A stretch of 64,000 nucleotides of DNA from an uncultured Nitrososphaerota archaeon (GCA_963703285.1 OY969807.1:768001-832000); one strand, 5' to 3'; counted from the first letter of the stretch, positions 18,311 to 28,457 are shown. The notes: generated by a model not told the origin, from the sequence alone. Translations and numbers: made by a program.

Positions 18311-21300
18311 CTAGGACGACGCCGACGGGGAGGCCGTTCTCCTTCTCCTCCTCGAGAGGATAAAGACAAGCAGAGCCAAAATCAAGACTACCACGACGAA
18401 CGCTATGCCCAGTAACATCGGGACAACCTTCGGAGGCGTGGAGATCGATTGGCCCAGAACCGACATCAGAGACAGCGCGACAGAGACGACTATCGAACCA
18501 AGCGCTTGGTTGACGCCGGAGGAGAGGTTCACGGCCGCCGAGAGGGTGGCGAAGAAGGACCCGCCCAGTCCCAGAATCGGAGATAGTGTTCCGGCAATCG
18601 TGACCAGTCGGCTTGTAACTACTCCTATCGACTGGCCGAGCGCGGACATCAGGGAGAGTGATAGGTTGTCCACTATCGAGCCCAGCGCCTGATTTACGCT
18701 CGGGGAGAGACTAACTGCGGCGGATAGCGTGGCAAAGAATGACTTCACTGCTATTGTTCCTATAGATTGGCTGAGGCTCGAGGAAAGCGATATCGACGCG
18801 CTCAGCACGGCCACGAATCCGTTTATGGCGCCTGAAAGAGTGGAAACGAGGGTAGTGCTCAGAGGCTGAATTATCACTGCCAAGTCTTGGTTCACCGAAG
18901 CCGCGAGGGTCATTGCCGATGAAGCCGAGCTGGACAGGTCCTGATTGAAGGTGAACGCGAGGGAAAGCAGCGCGGAAAGAGAGTTGCCCACGTCTTGGTC
19001 TAGGGAAGCGGCGAGCGAGACTCCTTGATTGAGCGCATTGGACAAGGCTTGGTCGACTGCCGATGTCAAGGACAATGACGCAGAGGCGACTATCGAGCTC
19101 AGCGCCTGATCGACGCCGGAAGACAGGCTCACGGTAGCAGACAGCGTGGCGAAGAGGGACGCGCCAACCTGTAGGACCGGGGATAGTGATACTGCCACAC
19201 TCGCGACTATTCCTCCCAAGTCCTGATTGAGAGAGGCGCCCAGGGACATCGCGGAAGAAACTAGAATGCCTAGGTCTTGATCGAGTGAGGCGGCAAGGGA
19301 GAGGGAGGGGGTCAGTGTGTTGGACAGGTCTTGGTTCAAGCTTGAGAGCAGCGATTCGGAATAGGACAGTATTGCGGAGAGAGATGCGCCAACTTGTAGG
19401 ACCGAAGATAGCGTTACTGACATATTCGCAACCATTCCCCCGATGTCCTGGCCCAGAGCACTTGACAACGCCACGGCTATTGAATTGGCAATTCCAGACA
19501 AATCCTGGCCGAGAGAAGGGAGCAAGGTGATGCCCGAAACGGGATTCACGCCTAGAGACTGATTGATTGTCGTTCCGAGAGATATCGCGGCAGATAACAG
19601 TTCAGAGAAGGCGGCCTGGATGGAAAGACTCGCTGAAAGGGCGATGTTCATCGCCTCTGCTATTCCGGTAATGGACTGATTCACCGCGACGGCCAGGACA
19701 GTCGAAGCCGAATCGGTTATCGCAGCTAGTCCCTCATTGACGAAGAGAGTGAGCGAGGCGGTGGCGGATGCGAATATGCCTACGGCGGGGTTGAGCGTGG
19801 AAAGAAGGGATACAGAACTCGACAAAGCCGCCGACAATGCGGCTTGCGCTGTCAATAGGATGCTCAGCCCGATGCTGGAACTACTCGTTACCGTGAGATC
19901 CTGCCCTACTGAGGATGCCAAAGATACCGTGGCGGACACCACGGCTGATAGAGCGCCTTGGACTGCAAGGCTCGCAGAAAGGAGGATGCTAGTGACCGGA
20001 GTGATCCCCGCCAATCCCTGATTGATTGACGGGGTCAGAGACATGGCAGCCGTGACGACTGTCGAGAGCTCGGCCTGTATTGCCAATGCCAATGCAAGAG
20101 CGATCGTGGAAGATTGCGTTACTCCGGATATGGCCTGATCAATCGTGGGAGTTATCGAGATGGCAGCAGAAAGAACCGATGAAAGCGCCGACTGCACTGC
20201 CAGCGTGGGTGTCAGGGAAATAGCAGAATTAGTGGCTAACGCCAGGGCCTGATTGACAGATGATGTGAGCGACACTGCGGCCGATATCAGTGCTGGGAAG
20301 GCTCCTTGAATAGCAAGGCTCGCGGACAATCCCATGCCAACCGACGGCGTTATTCCGAGAGCCTGGTTGATCGTCGCCGCGAGGGTCAAGGCCGACGAAA
20401 GGGCCGCCGAGAGCGCGGCCTGTATCGCAAGCGTGGGAATCAATCCGATGCTAGAACTCGCGCTTACAGTCAAACCTTGATTCATGGATGAGGCCAGCGA
20501 TATCGAGGCAGAGACGAAGGCAGATAGAGCACCCTGGATGCTGAGGCTCGCTGAGAGCACCATGCTGATTGCGGCGGTTATTCCGGCGATGGCCTGATCG
20601 ACCGCGGGGGAGAGCGCCATCGTCGCGGACTGTGTCAGACCATTCGCCTGACCGACCGTCGCAGAAAGGCCCATGGATGCAACGTCTGTTATTCCAGCGA
20701 CTGCCTGACTGACTGTAGGAGTTATGGACATGGCCGCTGAAGGAACCGACGATAGCGCAGCCTGTATTGCCAATGTTGGAATAAGATTGATTGAAGCCGA
20801 CACGGAATTACTTATGGCCTGACCGATTCCCGATATCAGAGAAAGCGTTGGGCTCAGTCTGTTGGATATGGCTTGCTTCAGAGTCCCGGTGAGTGATATG
20901 GCGTGAGAGAGAGCAGAGGTGCAACTCCCATTCAGACAGCTGAATGAGGTCGATGGCATCACGTTGCTCGGGGGGTAGGCCCTAATCCTGAACCAGTAGG
21001 TTGTTTGGGTGTCTGAGGCAGCGAAGCTCACTTGTAGGAGACCAGGGTAGTTCGTGAGAGAAACCGTTCCGGAAGCCGTTACCGGGCTAGCGTAGTTCTG
21101 GTATTCGGTGGCCGCGGTGGAGCTCACGGCAAGCGTAACAACCTGCAGGGTCGTGGCAGGCGGGTTGGGGGTAAAGGCTGTGCATCCTGAGGCTATGCAC
21201 AAGCCGTTGATGCCGTCGGAGCCCTCCGGGGGGTACACCCATTGAGCCGCGCCGCTCGTGACCGTATATGAAGAGGATGTTGTCTGGAGGTTGCTGAAGG

Positions 21301-22023
21301 ATGCGCCTATCCAGGCTCCCACAGTGTTGCTGACCTGATAGGCGTCGACGATCAGCGGACCAGTGTATTGACTGTTGAGTGAGAACGAATAGCCTGGAAA
21401 CGGGTTAGAGTCGACGGTAAGACCGTTGTTGACCGAGTAGGTCCCTGCAGCTCCCACGGTGTCCCAAGCGCTGCTGATGCTGGTGCCCGCGAAGTTGTCG
21501 TAGAAGGTAAAGACATTCTTTCCATCGTCATACTGACCATAGGTGGCCGAGAGCTGAGGAGCCTCGCCCCACACGCTCGATCCTGAGTTTCCCATGTTGT
21601 TCGTGCTCGTGCTCAGGAACCCCAGGTAGATGGTGAGCGTGCCGCCGGTGGCTGCAATGATGTCCGAGCCGAGGTTGACCCACACCGTGGAAGATGTGGC
21701 CGTGTTGGAGCACGACAACTCGCACCATGCGTTAAGAATCGTGTTTGAACTGTCGTAGAACTCCACGTTCGTTACGCCCGAATTGAGATACGAAGCATAT
21801 TCATTCCAGTCAACCGTAAGTTGTTGCTGAAAATTGGTCGGGGTGGCAGCCGATTGGCTGTTCGTCAGCGTGACTGTAACGTACGCCACCACACCAGACG
21901 GTTGGGCATGAGCGTCCCGTATCTCGGGGCCCAGAGCCAGAAAGGCAGAGCCTATGAGGAGGAACAGGACTGTGAGTGTCTTGATTACAGTCTTCTGTTC
22001 GCGCGGGGTAGGAAAAAAGTCAT
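18311..22023 (-). CDS. Large surface protein: signal peptide, DUF2341-like domain, long Ser/Ala/Leu repeat stalk, C-terminal TM anchor
   Basis: TLTVLFLLIGSAFLALG..AHA|Q signal; NVEFYDSSNTILNAW..VWV..IYL..GKNVFTFYDNF; TM followed by RRRRR. Likely start ATG 22023 needs one frameshift before ~21987. Confidence 0.85.
18430..20915 (-). repeat. Degenerate 18-20 aa coding repeat array, roughly 40-45 units
   Basis: Units such as LSAAVSLSPSVNQALGSIV, LSATVSLSSGVDQALSSIV, VSASISLASSMNQGLTVS; alternating polar/hydrophobic residues and a recurring N/D-Q. Confidence 0.85.
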
Positions 22024-22025
22024 GC

Positions 22026-22775
22026 TCAGGTCCTCGATATTGACCACGTGATTGTGAGTGTGTTCCCGCTGACCAACGAGTCCGGGCCGAACGTGCCCTC
22101 AGCATAAGGGTAGACGTGGGTTCCACTGCCGAGTTCGGTCATGAGACAGGCAACCTGAACGGAGCTATCTGTTTCTGCAGCGGTGAACGTGTGCGCTACT
22201 GTCGTCGTGACTGTGCTTCCCGCCGCTCCTGCAGTCACTGTCCCTGCGACATCGGTCAGTCCTCCAGACTGGATGAGGTTGGTCGAATCGCATGGGCCTG
22301 CGGCAAACGTGTCGGTCGCGGCGGGTGCGGTGGCACTCTCAGAGAGGCCTACGATCGTCGCATGGTCCCCAGAAGTGATCGTTATCGTTCCACACGTTCC
22401 GAATATGACGCACTGCTCGAAGTCGTGCCCGTCGTTGGTGATTACGGTGGGGTCGAGAGTATACGTGATTCCATGGCAGAAGGCCCAGCAACTAGCGGTG
22501 AACCCCTCCTGGAGGAGCTTGACGTTGACGAAAGCCTGTTCTTGGTGCGTGATTACAACCTGGAAGTTGATACAGGATCCGGTGACTACGTCAAAGGTGC
22601 CCGGAGTCCCGTTGGGCATCGTGCAGGTGGGTGAGGGATGGGATACCGAACTTGAGTAGAAGTACGGTACCGCAACCACGAACCCCATGGCAAGTACGAC
22701 TATTACGAAGGCGGAAATCAGATAATTTTTGCGGTTAGTGCCCCGTTTCACCGGCGCGCTCTCAGCGCTTGACAT
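22026..22775 (-). CDS. Exported Cys-rich protein with a phage tail-fibre/cement-like beta domain
   Basis: N-terminal hydrophobic segment; VITNDG...IVGLSESATAPAATDT...HTFTA...F..DSLVSGNTLTITWSIS pattern recalled from small virion tail proteins. Confidence 0.7.
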   Translation of the reverse strand: MSSAESAPVKRGTNRKNYLISAFVIVVLAMGFVVAVPYFYSSSVSHPSPTCTMPNGTPGTFDVVTGSCINFQVVITHQEQAFVNVKLLQEGFTASCWAFCHGITYTLDPTVITNDGHDFEQCVIFGTCGTITITSGDHATIVGLSESATAPAATDTFAAGPCDSTNLIQSGGLTDVAGTVTAGAAGSTVTTTVAHTFTAAETDSSVQVACLMTELGSGTHVYPYAEGTFGPDSLVSGNTLTITWSISRT

Positions 22776-23239
22776 ACCGAGTAGGGCATACTCAAAGTTA
22801 CTATTTAAGCCCTGTGAGAGTTTGAGGGTGTTTATGGACGATATTTCTACTCATTGTCTTGACTTTGGAGTCCTGAACTGCTCAAAGGGCAACTTGAGGG
22901 CATGGCACTGTTTCAGGTGCGAAACGGGACACAAAAGGGTATCAATCTGCGATATGCGCCTCGTTCAAAGCTACTCTCGGGCTCCGGTCTCGTTTCACCG
23001 AGATTGTGCCTGATTCATCGCTTTTCATTACTCGATACCCCCCGCCTAGAATCCTGCCCTAGTCGGGGGAAGCACTGGTAGGCAGGTGACGCTGAACTGC
23101 CCCGGGCGTCCGATGAGGGCCCAGGATGCACCCTGATTCTCGTGAGGGTATCTTAGCGCAGCCGTAGAATTGAGGAGCGCCTAACCCCAAAGAGCGGTGG
23201 CACAGAAACTTATTACCAGAAAGTCCCCGGATTCGTGCC

Positions 23240-23713
23240 ATGGTTTGGTACACCGTCCACTACAGTTTCAGCCAGAGATTCAAGTTCCCCCTCCAGGAAG
23301 CCTGGCGTTGGTCCACCGACTACGACGAGAACGACATTGCGCTGACCGGGCAGAATGGGAAACGAGAGATAGAGAGACTGAATCAAGATACCCTAGTCCT
23401 CACCGACTCGTACTACACCGACGGGCGGACCACAACTAAGCGAAGGCTGATCAGGCTCTTCCCTGAGCTGCACATGCTGACCAATACCAGGCTGTCTAGT
23501 GCCAACAGGCACTCCCAGTTCATCTACCAGTTCGTGAGCGAGGGAAGGAACAGGTCGAGGCTGGACTTCACCGGCGCCCAGGTCAACAGATCCAGGAACA
23601 AGCCTGCGGCGTCAAAGGTGGCCGCGCTCGCCGGAGAGTACGAGAGATTCGATTCCCGAATCTGGGTCAACCTTGCTGCGGCGATGGAGAAGGACCTCGC
23701 CGGTCGTGCGTGA
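23240..23713 (+). CDS. Hypothetical protein, possible SRPBCC/START-like fold
   Basis: F.FPLQEAWRWSTDY start, beta-rich middle, long C-terminal helix. Confidence 0.65.
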   Translation: MVWYTVHYSFSQRFKFPLQEAWRWSTDYDENDIALTGQNGKREIERLNQDTLVLTDSYYTDGRTTTKRRLIRLFPELHMLTNTRLSSANRHSQFIYQFVSEGRNRSRLDFTGAQVNRSRNKPAASKVAALAGEYERFDSRIWVNLAAAMEKDLAGRA

Positions 23714-25484
23714 TGCTGTGCATCACGAACCCCAGAGCTGCGGAGTAGCCCTCTATCCTGTTCTGAAGCTTCACCAGCCCGTGGCCCTCGTCGTCGAATG
23801 CCACGATGTGCGCCTCGCGGCCAAGCCTCTGCATCGTCTCCATTATCTGGGAGGCCTCCCCGATAGGAACGCGGGGGTCGTTCCTCCCGTGGATTATGAA
23901 GAGCGGTGCCTCGATCAGGTGTGCATTGTTGTTCGGAGAGATGCTCTCCAGGAACTCGGCGTCCTTCTCCGGGTCTCCGTACTCGGGGATTCTCAACCTC
24001 CGCCGCCACGGACCCGTGTTCTTGAGGAAGGTGACGAGGTTGGAGATTCCGACGATGTCGACGCCGGCCGCCCAGAGGTCCGGGTGGGAGTAGAGGCAGG
24101 CCAAGACCATGAAACCGCCATATGACCCTCCCCACGCCACGACCTTGGCGGGGTCGACCGAGGCCAGCTTCTCCGCCTCCGCGAGAGCTGCCACCGAGTC
24201 TTCGACGGTATCCATCCTCTTCCTGACATCGTCGAGATGCGTATAGGCCCTCCCGTAACCCGTGCTCCCTCGGAAGTTGGGGGCGAGGACGACGAACCCG
24301 AGCTTGAGGAAGTACTGCAGCAGCGGGCTGAACCCTGGACGGAACTGGCTCTCCGGGCCGCCATGGAGATAGAGCAGGAGAGGGTGCGGGCCCTCGACCG
24401 CCGGCGAGTAAAGGAATGCGGGTACCTCGAGCCCGTCGAAGGACCTGAACCTGAAGAGGCGCTCGCTCCGGAAGCTGTCCCGGGGAATCCCGCTGGTCGA
24501 GCTGTCCGAGACCCTCCGGAGACGCGCGCTCGAGACGTCGTAGGTCCAGATGTTGGAGTTGGAAGTGGAGGAGGAAAGAGCGAATGCGAGCTTGTCGCAC
24601 TGGGGAGACCAGGCGAGACCCCCGATGACCGACTTGGGAACGTCGACCGGTGAGGGCTCCTCCCCGTCTGACCCAGAGACCAACAGCCTGGAGTAACCGT
24701 CTTCGTTGACCGTGAACGCAAGGCTACCGTCCCTCGCCACGGCCAGTCCCTCTAGCTCCCACCTCTCCCCGTAGATGTAGTTTGGCGGCCCTCCAGAGAG
24801 GTCGATCCGGGCCAGGGCGGGTGCGTCCCTCCCCTGGTCGGTGAGACAGAAGATTCCCTTGCCGCTGGGGTCGAAGGCTGCGTATTCGTAGGTCGCCTCG
24901 CCCTCGTGCGGGGTCAGCAGGTGAGCGTCGCGGTCCTTCAGGTTGAGGAGGTAGAGGTCGTGGTTGAAGGGGCTGTGGATCCGCGTGAAGAGGATGGAGG
25001 CGGCGTCCGGAGACCAGGCGACGGCGAAGTTGGTCGCGTCGTTCTGGTAGACGACCTGGGCGAACCCCGCCTGCAGGGGCTGGACGTAGATGTCGAAGAA
25101 GGCGCGGTTCCTGTAGTTGTTGGAGAAGCAGACGGACGTCTCGTCCGGGGACCAGTCGCCCCAGTTGTGAATGACGGTCGGCTCCGTCGTGAGGTAGATC
25201 TGTCTCTCCCCTCCGTTCTCCAAGATGTGAATCTGGAATCGCTCGTCTCCGCCGGAGTCGATTCCGCACGCCATCAGGTCCCTCTTCCGGGCGTAGCTGA
25301 GGAAACCAACCCTCTCCTTCCCCAGAGTCAGCTGCTGGGGCCAGGAACCCGGCTCGAGCGAGACGCTCCACACCTGCGGGACCCCCGTGAGGTCGGAGAG
25401 GAACGCGATTCTCCCGCCGTCAGGCGAGAACTGGGGGGCGTAAGAGGACTTTATCGAGAGGTATCGCTCCAGCCCCTGCCTCAT
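23667..25484 (-). CDS. S9 family serine peptidase (acylaminoacyl/dipeptidyl peptidase)
   Basis: Propeller repeats (FSPDG, WSPD), HGGP, NFRGSTGYG, GGSYGG, NDPRV, DEGH. Confidence 0.95.
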   Translation of the reverse strand: MRQGLERYLSIKSSYAPQFSPDGGRIAFLSDLTGVPQVWSVSLEPGSWPQQLTLGKERVGFLSYARKRDLMACGIDSGGDERFQIHILENGGERQIYLTTEPTVIHNWGDWSPDETSVCFSNNYRNRAFFDIYVQPLQAGFAQVVYQNDATNFAVAWSPDAASILFTRIHSPFNHDLYLLNLKDRDAHLLTPHEGEATYEYAAFDPSGKGIFCLTDQGRDAPALARIDLSGGPPNYIYGERWELEGLAVARDGSLAFTVNEDGYSRLLVSGSDGEEPSPVDVPKSVIGGLAWSPQCDKLAFALSSSTSNSNIWTYDVSSARLRRVSDSSTSGIPRDSFRSERLFRFRSFDGLEVPAFLYSPAVEGPHPLLLYLHGGPESQFRPGFSPLLQYFLKLGFVVLAPNFRGSTGYGRAYTHLDDVRKRMDTVEDSVAALAEAEKLASVDPAKVVAWGGSYGGFMVLACLYSHPDLWAAGVDIVGISNLVTFLKNTGPWRRRLRIPEYGDPEKDAEFLESISPNNNAHLIEAPLFIIHGRNDPRVPIGEASQIMETMQRLGREAHIVAFDDEGHGLVKLQNRIEGYSAALGFVMHSITHDRRGPSPSPQQG

Positions 25485-25602
25485 CTCGTACAGCTCTGCG
25501 GAGACGGGGTCCAAACCAGACGGGGTCGGGAGCCCCTTCTCTTAAGAATGAGTGCCTGCAAACACCTTGAAATATCACCCCGTACTGCCCCATCCATCCG
25601 GA

Positions 25603-26415
25603 ATGGGCGAACGCACAGCGCTGCCTGAAGAGAGCCAGACCGTCCCTGCCATCTTCTCGACCGACCTAGTGATGTTTCCACACATGGAGATAACGCTCTC
25701 GATGACCGAGAAGAAGAGCTCCGACGCAGTGCTGAGGGCCATGCGGGAGAACCACCTCGTCGCTTTCATCCCATCGGACTTCGAGCGCACGAGCGAGGGG
25801 ATAGGAACGCTCACCCTCGTCACGGGGAGCGAACTCTCGCGCGAGGGCGTGAGCGTTGTGCTGAAGGGCCTGTGGAGGGTGATGGTCTCCAATCCCCGAG
25901 GCCTCGACTCGGAACAGGTGGTCCGGATCCAGAGGGTGGAGGAGAACGAGAGCGATGGACGGGACACGGAGGGGGTGATGCGAAGGGTGCAGAATCAGAT
26001 CTCTGAGTTCAGCGAGATTCTAACGGACATACCGCAGGAGATAGTCGCGGTCCTCAAGAATGCGAAGAACCCGTCGGAGCTTTCAGACCTCTGCGCTATG
26101 TCGCCGGCGCTGACGCACGAAGAGAGGATAACCCTTCTAAGGACGCTCGACCCTGACGAGAGGTTGAGGATCGTGAACAGGCACCTCGACCGGCAGCTGG
26201 AGATGCTCAGGTCCCTGGCAGAGGGGAAGCCAATCCCTGAATGCCAGACCTGCGCGGACCTCGCCGACGCGGCGTTCGAGGGAGACCCCGCCGTGCGAGC
26301 GGAGCGGATAGTGGAGTTCCTGAATCACGTTGTCAGCAACCACACCGCGGAGCTCCTCGGCGTCCTTGCGGAGAAGTACGGGCCGGGATTCATGCGCAAG
26401 CGGTCTCTCAGATAG
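25603..26415 (+). CDS. Stand-alone Lon N-terminal (substrate-binding) domain protein with CxxC...HxxxxH tail
   Basis: LVMFPHM, GIGTL, LKGLWRV, PSELSD...ERITLL.TLD..ERL; no AAA+ or protease domain. Confidence 0.8.
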   Translation: MGERTALPEESQTVPAIFSTDLVMFPHMEITLSMTEKKSSDAVLRAMRENHLVAFIPSDFERTSEGIGTLTLVTGSELSREGVSVVLKGLWRVMVSNPRGLDSEQVVRIQRVEENESDGRDTEGVMRRVQNQISEFSEILTDIPQEIVAVLKNAKNPSELSDLCAMSPALTHEERITLLRTLDPDERLRIVNRHLDRQLEMLRSLAEGKPIPECQTCADLADAAFEGDPAVRAERIVEFLNHVVSNHTAELLGVLAEKYGPGFMRKRSLR

Positions 26416-26466
26416 TGGACGCCCTCGCTAGAACCGCGGCGGGCTCCAGACCCGCGCTCAGAGACA

Positions 26467-26949
26467 TTACACGATGGACCGTCGAGACTCGGGTGCCTCC
26501 CAGATGGTCTCTGTCTCCTCGTTCAGGGCGTGGAGCTCCTCGCCGAGCCCCCACGAGGACACGAGGTCATCCGTCTCTGTCTCCCTCGCCTTTGAGTCCT
26601 CGGGAAGGACGTGCTCGTTGAGCCAAGCGTGGGCGAGCTCGTGGGCTATGACAGCCATTGCGGCCCTGTCTGAGAGCTGATCGAGGAGTTCGCCGTAGAA
26701 GGCGACGGTCTGTCTTCCCTTCGGGGCGCCGCGCTCGCGTCCTCCTCGCCCGGCCCTCCCCCAGGTGGTCAGACCGACCAAGCCCCGGAGGGGACCCCTC
26801 TTGGCGAGCCTAACCTCTCTCACCGTGGTGAGCGGGATGATGTCCGCGGGAATCCTCGAGAGCGTCTCATCAAGCAGGCGGAGGAACCTTTGATCCCGCG
26901 CTGAGACCTCGGCACCTCCGAGGAAGGTCCGCGGTCCGTCTCTGAGCAT
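26467..26949 (-). CDS. Small zincin-like metalloprotein (HExxH)
   Basis: VIAHELAHAWL...ETETD. Confidence 0.75.
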   Translation of the reverse strand: MLRDGPRTFLGGAEVSARDQRFLRLLDETLSRIPADIIPLTTVREVRLAKRGPLRGLVGLTTWGRAGRGGRERGAPKGRQTVAFYGELLDQLSDRAAMAVIAHELAHAWLNEHVLPEDSKARETETDDLVSSWGLGEELHALNEETETIWEAPESRRSIV

Positions 26950-26975
26950 GTTTCAAAGGCCTGCCTACAGTCATA

Positions 26976-28106
26976 TCAGCCTAGGGAGGGACCGAGGACA
27001 GAGATGTCCACGACGTGGTAGCCGGTGGCGCCGTTGGGGAACGGCCCGCTTACCACCGCTGTCTGGACCGCGCCAGTGCCGTCGGTGGCCCTCACATGCA
27101 AGGAATAGGCACCTTTGGCTGGAGGGTTCCATTCGGCGGACCAGAATACCCAGGTGTACTGGGAGAGCGGGCTGGTCTGCGAGGCCGTGGTCCAGGTCTT
27201 GCCGCCGTCGGAGCTTACCTCCACTTTGGAGACACCGCGATCTCCCGCGAAGGCTATGCCAGCCACAGGGACCACCCCGAGGGCCACCTGGTCCGACCCG
27301 TTGATTCCAAAGAGGGAGGTTATCTCGGCACCTCCAGGGATTACGATTGAAGATCCGGTCTGGTACATCGCGTCGTTCTCCCATCCCCTGACCTGCCAGT
27401 ACCCTTGATAGGTCCCGCTCACCGCTTCTACGCTCGTGATCCACTTGCAGTTCATCATCCCGTAGAGTCCGGGGACTATCGCCCTCAGGGGGGACCCGTG
27501 GTCGGTGGGGAGGGGTGCGCCGTTCATCTCATAGGCGAGCAGGGTCCCATCAAGCATTGCGGTAGCCAGGGGTATCCCCACGCTGTAGCCGTCCACAGCC
27601 TTGAAGACGACGTAGTCGGCAGAGGCTTTGACGCCTGCCATGCTCAGGATGTCCTTCAGCTGGACCCCGGTCCACTGCGCAGTGCTGATGAGTTCTCCGC
27701 CGATGTCGTTGCTCACGCACTCCAGCGTGTTGTACTGCTGGACAGAGGCCATCTGCTGGAGCTGCGAGAGATTGAGGGACAGCGGCGTGTTGACCAGGCC
27801 CGAGACCCCCAGCGACCAGCTCGAGGAGTTGACGCTCGGCGCGAAGATGTTGATGTCGACCCGGTAGAACTTGTCGTTGGTCGTGACCCCCTGCGAGGTA
27901 AGGCTCTGTGTGCTCACAGACTCCACTGACGTGTCCGTAGGTCTCAGAAGGAAGCCGACTCCGTAGGCCAGAATCGCAGCGCCGACCGCGGCGGCCACCC
28001 CCGCCTGGATGAAGAGGCGCCTCCTACGGTCGAACTTCATCCCCTTTGGAGGCACGACCGCTTTGCAGACGTCGGTCGGCTTCCCATCCTCCGTCGCCGG
28101 GTCCAT
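26976..28106 (-). CDS. Tat-exported sulfite-oxidase-family molybdoenzyme
   Basis: DRRRRLFIQAG signal; TLECVSN Mo-ligand Cys; WTGV; HGSPLRAIVPGLYG..KW; Ig-like dimerisation domain. Confidence 0.92.
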   Translation of the reverse strand: MDPATEDGKPTDVCKAVVPPKGMKFDRRRRLFIQAGVAAAVGAAILAYGVGFLLRPTDTSVESVSTQSLTSQGVTTNDKFYRVDINIFAPSVNSSSWSLGVSGLVNTPLSLNLSQLQQMASVQQYNTLECVSNDIGGELISTAQWTGVQLKDILSMAGVKASADYVVFKAVDGYSVGIPLATAMLDGTLLAYEMNGAPLPTDHGSPLRAIVPGLYGMMNCKWITSVEAVSGTYQGYWQVRGWENDAMYQTGSSIVIPGGAEITSLFGINGSDQVALGVVPVAGIAFAGDRGVSKVEVSSDGGKTWTTASQTSPLSQYTWVFWSAEWNPPAKGAYSLHVRATDGTGAVQTAVVSGPFPNGATGYHVVDISVLGPSLG

Positions 28107-28156
28107 CTAGTAAATCTCCTGAATCGTCGTTTTCTAAGCCAGAACCAATATAATAG

Positions 28157-28193
28157 TTGTTCCAAATCAATTTCATATTAGAATTTGGAACAA
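28157..28193. promoter_or_regulatory. Perfect 11-bp inverted repeat in AT-rich promoter region, probable operator
   Basis: TTGTTCCAAAT (28157-28167), 15-bp spacer, ATTTGGAACAA (28183-28193), about 50 bp upstream of the sulfite-oxidase-family gene. Confidence 0.55.
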
Positions 28194-28457
28194 TCCTTAT
28201 CTGAAAAGTGCCGAGAGGATAGCACAACAGTTGGAAACCCGTGCCTATGGACGCACGAGCCAGACCGGCGTCTTAGAATCCGGGTGGCTCGCCACCGAGA
28301 CCTCCGTGAGCAGCTTCCTGGTCGAGTGGGTGTCAATCCTCGAGTCGATCTTCTCTCTCGCCCTCGTGGGCCTGAACCAGGTCTACCTCCGAAAGCTGTA
28401 CAAAGGGAGGAGCATTCAGGCGAATCGAAGTGCGCCCGCTTCGGGGCAAGGGTCGGC

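Noticed and set aside
18311-22775. Intact provirus
   Set aside because: No capsid, terminase, portal, integrase or replication genes; both proteins carry cellular export signals.
23031-23046. ACCCCCCGC as an attR copy of the tRNA-Leu 3' end
   Set aside because: Only 9 bp of low-complexity identity and no integrase.
23110-23175. Possible C/D box sRNA
   Set aside because: Boxes degenerate, spacing atypical, no clear terminal D box.
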